NCBI GenBank assembly: GCA_018822435.1
Contig: JAHJKD010000050.1
Location: 1,531-65,530, forward strand
Source: Patescibacteria group bacterium
GTDB lineage: Bacteria > Patescibacteriota > Patescibacteriia > UBA9570 > JAHJKD01
DNA: 64,000 nucleotides
Direction: 5' to 3'
Positions 18,833 through 27,700 of the stretch are shown here, in pieces; position 1 is the stretch's first letter; every line of letters starts with the position of its first letter. Below the pieces are notes generated by a model. The model searched no databases and was not told the origin of the DNA. It saw only the letters and a list, made by a program, of their open reading frames with translations. The position numbers were made by a program, and so were the translations under genes.

Positions 18833-19531
18833 ATGGGAGAAAAATACGAATACAATCAAAGTGGTGCAGAAGCCTACAAAGAATTAGGTATCGAGGGAAC
18901 TACATATGAAATGTCATTCTCTGAGATGAAAAGGATGCTTGGAAATATTCAAGGCATGAATTTTTTAGATTTCGGCTGCGGTTCAGGTCGTAGCGCACGA
19001 TTCCTAAAAACTCTCGGCGCTAAAAACGTCATTGGTGTTGATCATAATGAATCTATGATAAAACAGGCCAAGGCAACGGCAGTACAAGGGATTGATTTCA
19101 GGCTGATCAAAGAAAAAATTCCTCTAGACGATGATTCCGTTGACGGCGTAATTAGTTCAGCAGTTTTCTTAGAAATAAAAAATTTGGCTGATATGGAAAA
19201 AACGGCCAGGGAAATTGCCCGAGTTCTCAAGCCCGGTGGCGTATTCATACTAGTTACCGTAAATCCGGACGCCTTCGGGCATGATTTTGTAAGTTTTACC
19301 AGAACAGGAAACCCTGCAGAACTCGAAAGCGGCGATATGACTGAATGCCGGATGAAAGGAAAAAAACCATTTGTAATAGATGATATATTCTGGACCGAAG
19401 ACGATTATAGACAAGTGCTTGAATCAGCCGGTTTTACCATCGAAGATATTGTTTTCCCGAAAGCAGAATCAGGTAATTGGCTGGATGAAACAAATGTCGC
19501 ACCTGATATGGTCATAAAAGCAACAAAATAA
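18833..19531 (+). CDS. Class I SAM-dependent methyltransferase
   Basis: 232 aa. FLDFGCGSGRSARFL, VLKPGGVFIL. Confidence 0.75.
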   Translation: MGEKYEYNQSGAEAYKELGIEGTTYEMSFSEMKRMLGNIQGMNFLDFGCGSGRSARFLKTLGAKNVIGVDHNESMIKQAKATAVQGIDFRLIKEKIPLDDDSVDGVISSAVFLEIKNLADMEKTAREIARVLKPGGVFILVTVNPDAFGHDFVSFTRTGNPAELESGDMTECRMKGKKPFVIDDIFWTEDDYRQVLESAGFTIEDIVFPKAESGNWLDETNVAPDMVIKATK

Positions 19532-19563
19532 AACGACCCGCCTATCAAGCGGGTCTTTTTTAA
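19531..19563 (+). terminator. Recurrent terminator repeat, copy 4
   Basis: aaacgacccgcctatcaagcgggtctttttt. Confidence 0.7.
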
Positions 19564-19614
19564 TTTTTTAACCACTTCTTCTGAACACCAAAATTTGATA
19601 TACAAAAGAAGGGG

Positions 19615-19646
19615 CGGGGGCATGGTTCTTGCGAACGCAGCCCCCG
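19615..19646 (-). terminator. Hairpin terminator of the small membrane-protein gene
   Basis: 7-bp stem cgggggc/gcccccg with a 17-nt loop, followed on the minus strand by ttctttt. Confidence 0.45.
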
Positions 19647-19677
19647 TTTGATCCCGTAAACTACCGAAGCATCCACG

Positions 19678-19923
19678 TCACTCTTCATCCTCGTCCTTCG
19701 TATCCTCCTCTTCTTTTTCCTCATTTTTTTCCTGAACAAGACGTGCGATGCTTTCAGGAATCTGACTGACTAGTAAACCTAAGAAGAAAAGAGACAGTGC
19801 TATAGCCATACAAAGCACGACAATCGCAACCTCTGCGTTCCCATTGAAAACACATATGCAAGCCAAACCAGAAGAGAGGAAAAAAGTAGCCATCCATAAA
19901 GGGAATACGATACTTTTTGTCAT
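19678..19923 (-). CDS. Small two-TM membrane protein with acidic C-terminal tail
   Basis: 81 aa. SD taggaggt 6 nt upstream. Two hydrophobic helices, tail EEKEEEDTKDEDEE. Confidence 0.5.
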   Translation of the reverse strand: MTKSIVFPLWMATFFLSSGLACICVFNGNAEVAIVVLCMAIALSLFFLGLLVSQIPESIARLVQEKNEEKEEEDTKDEDEE

Positions 19924-20082
19924 GGTAACCTCCTAATAGGTGGATGAAGTTGTTAACGGTCGCCTGTTCCGGATTCGCCGGCAACTTATTTTGCCGACTA
20001 AATCACTAGATACAGGATAGGCGACCTTACCATTTCAGCGATCCCTTGTCAATAGTCGCTCTTGAATAATTATTATCAATAA

Positions 20083-20115
20083 AAACACCCGCCTATCAAG
20101 CGGGTCTTTTCTTTA
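20083..20115 (+). terminator. Recurrent terminator repeat, copy 5
   Basis: aaaaacacccgcctatcaagcgggtcttttcttt. Confidence 0.65.
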
Positions 20116-20168
20116 ATAAAAATAATATTTCTGATATATTTAATCATATCTAGATAAATAAACATTTT

Positions 20169-20639
20169 ATGCCACAAAATAATTCAAGACCAGCTAAAAA
20201 ACCTTTTACGGAAAACGAACAAGTTCTTCTAAGGAATAAAGCAATTGATAAAATCAAAGACCTTTTTCTGCCTAATGATAAAATTCTGAAAATAATTCTT
20301 ATTGGATCTTCTGTGAAGGGATCTTTTGGGGAATATGGACCGCCCGGTTTCAGAAACAGCCTATTTTCTGATTTTGATTTCATTTTCTTTGTAAAAGACG
20401 ATTATGAAATTCCTGATTGGTTAAAAAAAGAACCGTCGGGAAAACCTTTCACTGACGACAGTCTTAATCTTGCCTATCGCAACGCAAAAATGGTCGACGA
20501 TAAATATGATATCGAATTTTTCTTTATCAGGGAAGAGAATCTGGATGATAATAATTTTATCGAAGAAGGAGAAGGGGCAGGCATTCCTTTGAAAAAGAAT
20601 TCAAAAATTGAACATCTGACTATTTTTGAAAAAAAATAA
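20169..20639 (+). CDS. Minimal nucleotidyltransferase (Pol-beta superfamily) domain protein
   Basis: 156 aa. GSSVKGSFGEY...SDFDF matches the GS-x(n)-DxD NTase motif. Confidence 0.6.
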   Translation: MPQNNSRPAKKPFTENEQVLLRNKAIDKIKDLFLPNDKILKIILIGSSVKGSFGEYGPPGFRNSLFSDFDFIFFVKDDYEIPDWLKKEPSGKPFTDDSLNLAYRNAKMVDDKYDIEFFFIREENLDDNNFIEEGEGAGIPLKKNSKIEHLTIFEKK

Positions 20640-20640
20640 A

Positions 20641-20670
20641 AACGATCCGCCTATCAAGCGGGTCTTTTTT
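20641..20670 (+). terminator. Recurrent terminator repeat, copy 6
   Basis: aacgatccgcctatcaagcgggtctttttt. Confidence 0.7.
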
Positions 20671-20696
20671 ATTTAAAGTAATTTTAGAAAAATAGT

Positions 20697-20722
20697 GGGA
20701 CTGAATGTAAGGATTCAGTCCC
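20697..20722 (-). terminator. Hairpin 3' of the GC-rich Cys-rich gene
   Basis: Perfect 10-bp stem gggactgaat/attcagtccc with a 6-nt loop. T-rich on the minus strand after the stem. Confidence 0.45.
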
Positions 20723-20757
20723 GGGGGAAACAACCGCGCCTTACCGCGGGTGCGACG

Positions 20758-21156
20758 CTAGGCCACTTCGTCGAAGTAGTCCCAGCGCGCCTCATCGATC
20801 TCCTCCACGACCGCCTCGCACATCATGTAGATCATGACGTCGCGCAGCGTGATGTGAGCGGAATGGTCGACGTTGCACTCGAAACCGCAGTAGCACTCAC
20901 AGCAAGATTCCTCGCGGACACCGACGATGCCTCTAGCGGTCTGATCCAGATCCAGCCCATCCAGCATCATGTCCTCGGTGTAGCGGAACAGGACGGCGTC
21001 GGTCATATCCGACGCGCGACCGTAAGCCGCCCGCCAGGTCGAGTCCGTCTCCTTCCACCAGTGATCCGGGCCGAAATGGTCCATGATCCGGCGAGCGAGC
21101 CGCTCGATCAGGTAGGAGGAATCATGCCGGTTACCCTTTTGTTGTACGTTCATCAC
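20758..21156 (-). CDS. Cys-rich hypothetical protein (CCECYCGFEC), GC-rich island gene
   Basis: 132-aa ORF. Nearly every codon ends in G/C (checked by hand). SD aaaggag upstream. Divergent from the MerR-GHKL gene. Confidence 0.5.
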   Translation of the reverse strand: MMNVQQKGNRHDSSYLIERLARRIMDHFGPDHWWKETDSTWRAAYGRASDMTDAVLFRYTEDMMLDGLDLDQTARGIVGVREESCCECYCGFECNVDHSAHITLRDVMIYMMCEAVVEEIDEARWDYFDEVA

Positions 21157-21279
21157 GTATCTCCTTTCAGGAGTTTTACCGCACCTGCTCCATGCAGGAC
21201 GGCGATGGCAATGCCATCATTGAGGGTCAATCTGTATATCACATTTTTTCAATTTTGTCAATAGTAATCCATAAAAATA

Positions 21280-21309
21280 TTGACAAATTCTATAATATTT
21301 GCTAATATT
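21280..21309 (+). promoter_or_regulatory. Sigma70-like promoter TTGACA-(17/18)-TAATAT for the MerR-GHKL operon
   Basis: ttgaca aattctataatatttgc taatat. Confidence 0.45.
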
Positions 21310-21337
21310 TACATAGGTTTACATAGGTTTACATAGA
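21308..21337 (+). promoter_or_regulatory. Three tandem 10-bp direct repeats (tttacatagg x3), candidate operator
   Basis: tttacatagg tttacatagg tttacataga, between the -10 and the ATG at 21343. Confidence 0.5.
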
Positions 21338-21342
21338 TTATT

Positions 21343-22083
21343 ATGAAAGAAAAATTACATTCAATCGGAGAAACAGCTAACATTATTGGAGTTTCTATTG
21401 ATACTCTACGAAAATGGGATAAAAAAGGCATTTTGCCTTCTTTTCGACCTTCACCTACCAGTAAAAGATACTATCGCCAAGAAGATATTGATGCTTTTTT
21501 AGCAAAAGAAACCCAACTAGATCTGAAATCCATGGCTGAAAAATGGGCCATTGATCCATCTCCTTCTCCCCTGTCCCCGGAATTATATTGCCAGACAAGC
21601 GATGTTTTTCATGCTCGCCTGCAACATCTAGAGGTAGAAATAGCCCGCGTACCTAAATTAAAAGATATTTTTCCCTTAATCGTCGCTGTTATTGGTGAAA
21701 TCGGCAATAATTCTTTCAACCATAACATTGGCAATTGGCCGGATGAGCCAGGCATATTTTTTGGATACGACCTAAAAAACCGCCAAGCTGTTCTGGCTGA
21801 CCGAGGCCAAGGCATCTTAAAAACTCTGAAGCGTGTAGTGCCGGATTTGAAAAACGACCAAACTGCCCTAAAAGTTGCTTTCACCGAATATATTTCCGGC
21901 CGCGCCCCCGAAGACAGGGGCAATGGCCTGAAATTCGTCCGGGACGTAGTGACGGAAAATCCGATACAGCTAAAATTCTTTACCGGTGAGGCGCAACTGG
22001 AGTTAGAACAAAATACAGCTGATTTAGATATTAAAAAAAGCGATCTTTCCTTCCATGGCTGCATCGCCATAATAAATTTCTAA
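21343..22083 (+). CDS. MerR-family HTH fused to GHKL (RsbW-like HATPase_c) serine-kinase/ATPase domain
   Basis: 246 aa. N-terminus IGETANIIGVSIDTLRKWDKKGIL...YYRQEDID (MerR HTH). C-terminus N-box EIGNNSFNH, G1 DRGQGI, G2 GNGLKFV. Confidence 0.65.
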   Translation: MKEKLHSIGETANIIGVSIDTLRKWDKKGILPSFRPSPTSKRYYRQEDIDAFLAKETQLDLKSMAEKWAIDPSPSPLSPELYCQTSDVFHARLQHLEVEIARVPKLKDIFPLIVAVIGEIGNNSFNHNIGNWPDEPGIFFGYDLKNRQAVLADRGQGILKTLKRVVPDLKNDQTALKVAFTEYISGRAPEDRGNGLKFVRDVVTENPIQLKFFTGEAQLELEQNTADLDIKKSDLSFHGCIAIINF

Positions 22084-22100
22084 CATCCTAATCCTATACT

Positions 22101-22385
22101 ATGAATATTTATCTAAAAAAATTTGGTACTACTCTCGTTTCCCGGCCGGCCGGCAAAGAGGCTTGGCTCGCGCTCCAACCCAATCTTAAGGAATTAGAAG
22201 AAAACGAAAAAATAATTATTGATTTCAAAGGCGTGGCCGTGCTTACCCCTTCCTGGGCGGATGAAGTCGTCTCACCTTTAAAAGACAATTTTCAAAATCA
22301 GATCAGTCTGATAAATACGGAAAATCCGTCTGTCCAAGCCACATTAACTACACTAAAAAAAGCAAAGCAAGACCAAAAATCTTAG
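22101..22385 (+). CDS. STAS-like (DUF4325) anti-sigma-antagonist-type partner protein
   Basis: 94 aa. IIDFKGVAVLTPSWADEVV matches the DUF4325/STAS core. 17 nt downstream of the kinase gene. Confidence 0.55.
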   Translation: MNIYLKKFGTTLVSRPAGKEAWLALQPNLKELEENEKIIIDFKGVAVLTPSWADEVVSPLKDNFQNQISLINTENPSVQATLTTLKKAKQDQKS

Positions 22386-22465
22386 TAAAAATTAAAATTT
22401 TATTAATATTTGAATCCATCTATTGATACAATGTATACAAACTTTCTTAGATGTACATGAAAAAT

Positions 22466-22494
22466 AATTCCGCCGTTCAAGCGGGTCTTTTTTG
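22466..22494 (+). terminator. Recurrent terminator repeat, copy 7
   Basis: aattccgccgttcaagcgggtcttttttg. Confidence 0.6.
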
Positions 22495-22547
22495 ACTTAT
22501 CTATGCAAATTGCTATAAAATAGAATAGTAAACAAAAAAATAATTTC

Positions 22548-23021
22548 ATGAACAAGCAAGAAGCCCGAAGACCGACTCCTGAAAAACAAGAAATAAAAAA
22601 AGTTGAAATTGGCAATCTCGATGAGTTTGATATGGATTATTTCCACCAATTAGAGGGCGAAGACGGTTGGATCGCTATAGGACAAGATAATTGCCAAAAC
22701 CAAAAATATTTCACTCTAGGAGGAACAGAAGGAGACAAACTAGGAATAATCGGTGTTTTTGACACGGATGAAGATTCAAATATCACCCACACTGTAATTG
22801 ATCCAAAATTCCGTGGTCAAAGGCTGGCCAGCCGAGCCAAGCACGAATTGATGGACAAACTGAATCTGCCTTTTATTACTATGATAATAGATTTGGATAA
22901 TCTTCCCTCTATCAAAGCGACAGAAAAAATCCCTGGCGTTAAAAGAGTGAGCGATGATACTTATGAAGAAGAATTTCATAAGGTCAAACTTGTTTATGAA
23001 AAACCTCCAACAAATACCTAA
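22548..23021 (+). CDS. GNAT-family acetyltransferase-like protein
   Basis: 157 aa. VIDPKFRGQRLASRA resembles GNAT motif A. Confidence 0.4.
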   Translation: MNKQEARRPTPEKQEIKKVEIGNLDEFDMDYFHQLEGEDGWIAIGQDNCQNQKYFTLGGTEGDKLGIIGVFDTDEDSNITHTVIDPKFRGQRLASRAKHELMDKLNLPFITMIIDLDNLPSIKATEKIPGVKRVSDDTYEEEFHKVKLVYEKPPTNT

Positions 23022-23037
23022 AAATTAACTTAAAAAC

Positions 23038-23427
23038 ATGCTAGAATCATTTGAAGTTTCCGATATATTCCCGGTCAGCCCAGAAGAATTATATTCTGCC
23101 TGGTTAGATAGTAAAAAACATGGTGCCTTTACTGGCAGCAAAGCCAAAATCGATCCTAAAGTCGGGGGAAAATTTACGGCTTGGGACGGATACATTGAAG
23201 GTGAGACTGTAAAGCTCGAACCAAATAAAAAAATCTTGCAAAAATGGCGCACGACTGAATTCCCTGAAGATAGCAAGGATTCAAAACTTGAATTAATATT
23301 TGAGGAAGTTGATGAAGGCACTAAACTGACTATTAAACATTCTGATGTGCCTGAAGGCCAAGCGAAAAACTATAAACCAGGTTGGGATGAATCTTATTTC
23401 CAGCCCATGCAAGAATATTTTGAATAA
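23038..23427 (+). CDS. SRPBCC / AHSA1 (Aha1-like, Bet v1 fold) domain protein
   Basis: 129 aa. Typical AHSA1-family length and LYSAWLD...KFTAWDGYIEGE pattern. Confidence 0.55.
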   Translation: MLESFEVSDIFPVSPEELYSAWLDSKKHGAFTGSKAKIDPKVGGKFTAWDGYIEGETVKLEPNKKILQKWRTTEFPEDSKDSKLELIFEEVDEGTKLTIKHSDVPEGQAKNYKPGWDESYFQPMQEYFE

Positions 23428-23446
23428 TTAAAAATAAAATAATTTT

Positions 23447-24718
23447 ATGGAAGAAAAGATTTCTGAAAAAAAGGAAGTTGTCACAGAACCAAATCCAAAA
23501 CCAAAGAAAAAAAAGTCGACTCTAATTATAATTATTGTCATTGTTATTATAGCCCTACTATTGATCGGCAGTGTAATTGGCGTAGGAATTTATTTTTGGT
23601 CAAAATCAAACCAAGAAAAGCAAGATCAAGCCGCCCTCCAAATGCAATTAGAAGGCTTAGTCGCTGAAGCAGAAACATATATTGACGATTACGAATATGA
23701 ACCAGCCATTAAGGCGGCCACGCAAGCCATAAATTTAAGCCAAAATTATGTCCCGGCGTTAATAACCCGGTGTAAAGCCTACCGCAAAGACGAACAATAT
23801 GAAAAAGCTTATGCTGATTGCGACAAAGCCATTGAACTGAATCCGAATTCTGCCCGCGCTTATCATAACCGGGCCTACATTTATTTAAATGAGGAAAAAT
23901 ATGAAAAAGGCATTGCCGACGCCCAGAAAGCGATTGAATTAAATCCGCAAAACGCAAAAGGCTACACGGCATTATGTTGGGCCTACGGCGATCAAGGCAA
24001 ATATGAAGATGCCACCCTGCAATGCAACAAAGCCATTGAACTTGACCCCAACGATGACTTTCCGCACAGCCTGATTTGTTATGACTTGCGCGAACTAGGA
24101 AAAACAGAAAAGGCTCTCCAAGAATGCAATGAAGCGATTGAACTTGACCCGGAATATTCCTGGGCTTACCGCAACCGCGCCCTTGTCTATGAGGATAAGG
24201 AAAATTGGGACAAAGTCATTGCTGACACAACTAAGGCAATCAAATTAAGAGAAGACTTTGCCCATGCCTATGATATTCGCGGCTTCGCTTATTTTAAGCA
24301 AAAAAAATATAATAAAGCTAAGGAAGATTATAATAAAGCCATTAAGCTTGATCCGGAAAATGAATATTTTTTCTATGACCGTGCTTATTTAAACGAAAAA
24401 CAAGGCGACTGCGATAAAGCCATTGAAGATTACACCAAAGCGATTGAAATATACAAAGATTACCAGCAGGCTTATTCCAGCCGCGGTTATTGTTATACGG
24501 AATTAGAAAAATGGGACAAAGCGATTGATGATCTTAAAAAAGCCGTCAAACTGGACCCGAAAGATAAATACGCATTTAACAATCTTGGTTATGCCTATGA
24601 TAATCTTGAAGATTATGACAATGCTCTAAAATACTACGAAAAAGCGGTTGAACTTGATCCTGATTATGAAATCGCGATTGAAAATGTAAAAGGATTAAAA
24701 GAATTCCTTAATCAATAG
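23447..24718 (+). CDS. TPR-repeat protein with N-terminal TM helix
   Basis: 423 aa. At least 9 repeats of the type AxxxxxxAIELxPxxAxAYxNRGxxY. Confidence 0.8.
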   Translation: MEEKISEKKEVVTEPNPKPKKKKSTLIIIIVIVIIALLLIGSVIGVGIYFWSKSNQEKQDQAALQMQLEGLVAEAETYIDDYEYEPAIKAATQAINLSQNYVPALITRCKAYRKDEQYEKAYADCDKAIELNPNSARAYHNRAYIYLNEEKYEKGIADAQKAIELNPQNAKGYTALCWAYGDQGKYEDATLQCNKAIELDPNDDFPHSLICYDLRELGKTEKALQECNEAIELDPEYSWAYRNRALVYEDKENWDKVIADTTKAIKLREDFAHAYDIRGFAYFKQKKYNKAKEDYNKAIKLDPENEYFFYDRAYLNEKQGDCDKAIEDYTKAIEIYKDYQQAYSSRGYCYTELEKWDKAIDDLKKAVKLDPKDKYAFNNLGYAYDNLEDYDNALKYYEKAVELDPDYEIAIENVKGLKEFLNQ

Positions 24719-27700
24719 CTAAACTTTTTTCTTAAAAGTCAGTCCTCTTTTCCTGGTGTAGAAGAACATGAATATCGCGAAAGCCACTATCAGGCTCAGA
24801 TTGACTATGAACAGCCACATCGTTTTGGACAGGCCCTGGCCTTCTTCCGGTATGACGAATTTACCCAGCACGATCTCATCTGTTTCCACTCCGTACAATT
24901 CCGACTGGGCGTAAACGGTATGTTCGCCCTCGGGCAGCAATTCCATGGGCACGCGGATTTCCCAGCGGCCGTATTCATCCGCCTTAGTCACCCTAACCAC
25001 TTCTTCAGACCTTATTTTCACAGTCACGGTCGCATGAGGCAAAGTCAAGCCTTTAAGCACCAACTCCGGACCAGATACATTGATCAATGTCTGAATATTT
25101 CCCTCTTCATCAATATATTCTTCAATGCCCGGCACATCCCCGTAAGTCGCCTCAAAGAAATCCATGCCTTCCACATTGGTGTCATTCACCATTAAAAGTT
25201 TCAAGAAATTTTCCATGGTTTCTTTCAGTTCCTGCCGCTCTTCTTCGGTCTGGGGCGGCCTGATGTCGCGCGGAATTTTTATTTCCTCTTCATTTACAAT
25301 TACAATGATAAATTCTTCCTCTTCTTCCTCCTCAAATGCGAGCACGATAGTTTGCCCGGCTGATGAATGTCTGCTCACCGACGTATAAGCGGTCGCCGTA
25401 GCTGCGAAAGAGGAAGGCCCGAATACTTCCGCGTAATAAACGCCGGAACCAAGTCCGTAAAAAGTCAGTTCGCCATTTTCATTGGTTACTCCGGACGATA
25501 CTTTGTAGCCGTCTTTATAGATATAGACATAAGATCCGGGCAATGGATCCCCGATCGGATCTTGTACATAATAAGATAAAGTAGAAGTCTCGATCGGATT
25601 GCTGGTCATGTTAGAATTGGTCGCGGCCGATGCCTCATTAGATGAAAACGCTGCTTCACTGCCTACCACGGCTGAATTGAAATTCGGATTAATAACCCGA
25701 ACAACAAAGTAGACCGATTTTGTCTCTCCCGGCGCGATCGCTGTATCGCTGAAATCAAGCGTTGTACCGTTTACATTAAGATCTCCGCCATATGAGGAAA
25801 GATAGGTTCCTGATGGGATATAATCGCGAATATTTATAGATGTCGCATCGCCATCGCCCGTATTTCTATATGTCAGGGAATATTTCAGATAATTTCCCGG
25901 TTCAACTGGCACGCCGTTGTCGTCAGCTGCCTTAATGACCGGACTAAATATTGCAAACACGACCAAGGCGGCCGTAATTACGCCGGCGCCGACAGCGGCC
26001 CAGTGATTTGTTTTGGCATTGCCCCGGAACTGATCGTAAGACATTTGCCAAGTGCCCTTTTTATTGGCCGGGGCGATTTTCGAGAACGACCGGGCCGGAC
26101 TCCTGAATATGACCAGGTGCGGTTTTTTTAAGCCACCGGATAAAAAGAGGGTCACCAGAAATAGCGTCAGGAATATAAATAAAAATGACCAAAGAGGTAT
26201 CTGATAAGCCGAGTAATCAAGCTCGCGGAATTCTACATTTTCATTCCCTGTCGCGGCCATGGCCATTTTAATGAACTTATTAAGCCAGGTCAGCGGAGCC
26301 GTGCCTACTGTAACAATTTTTGTAAGGGATATTTCCGGATCAAGCGAAGTATTTACATAAAACTTCTTCGCACCAGACCATTCTCCTTTCAATCCTTCCG
26401 GATCAATCGCCCGCACAGTCCAGTAATAATCTGTTTCATCATTCAATTGATTAATCACGTTCACTTCCGGGCTGCCCGTGGCTGACGTATAGGAATATTC
26501 GTAATTATTGGCCGGATCAGAATTTTTCCCTATCCTTACCCGGTAATAAAGCTGGGACTTGCTGTGGTCCGGGTCGCTGGGCGCGTCCCATTTCAGGGTC
26601 GGCGTCTGGCTGGAAGTGGTGGAGTTATTTGGTGGTGAAAAACCTGAAGTTATCTTATTAGGCGGATCATTGACATTGTTGACGGTCAGGGTCACCTGAT
26701 TGGAATTCCTCGTATCTCCCTCGGTATCTATCGCCTTGAAAGTGACCGTAGCCGTGCCGTACCAGTTCGATTTCGGGGTAAAGGTCACTTTATTCTCGCT
26801 GCCGATGCTGACAGTAATATTGGCCGGGCTGTCCGAACCCAGCACTTCATAATGCATGGCCAGGCTCCTCAGGTCCTGGAAATAGTCATCCAGGTCAAAG
26901 GCCTTTGTCAAGGTCGTATCTTCATTCCATTGCTGGTTCGGGATCGTCCCGGTCTGTATTATATTTGAAGTAGAAGTCGTAAACACGGTGCAATTCGAAT
27001 AATTAGAGTAATTGCCATAAGAATTTTTATAGCGCACGTGCCACCAATAGGTCGCGCCCTTGGCCAGACTGCCGTACGGGACCGTGTAAGAGGTATTAGC
27101 GGCCGCGTCCCCCGTATTTAGAACGGCTCCGGAATCGGCCGCGCACTGGGAAGACGAATTATAAACTTTCCACTGTGAAGCGGCATGCGTCTCAGCCGCG
27201 TCCGCAAAAGCAGAAGCCGATAAAGCCACGTCTGTTTTTTGGTCAACTGATCCATTAGCCGGAGATGTATTGGCTGGCTGGTCCGGCACAGTGGAAACGA
27301 TCGCATCAGCGATCTGATACCGCCATACTCCGTCTGTATCATAATAAGAAGGCAGACCGCCTGGATTCGTATCATCGTCCTTGCCATTAAAAGTAAAAGT
27401 CGGATTCAAAGAATCATTTGCATAGTCGCCATAAACCTTGATAGTAAAAGGACCGTATTCAGTTTTTGAACCGTTTACGTCATATTCATAATCAGTAATA
27501 TAAAACCAGGTCGGTTCGTCATCGTATTCAAAGCTGGCCGGCCCCCACGCGCCCTGATCAGTATCACCAGCCGGATAGGGCGGATTCGTAAAAGTGCCAT
27601 TACTTAAAGTGGAGCCGCTGTAAGTGGCGCCTGACTGGGGAATCACAGAAACCGTATTGCTGCCGGATTTTATCGGATTCAGGTCCTTATATAAGATCTC

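Noticed and set aside
18670-22615. Small minus-strand ORFs containing KKTRLIGG (18670-18855, 19405-19623, 22403-22615).
   Set aside because: They are translations across the recurrent terminator repeat, not genes.
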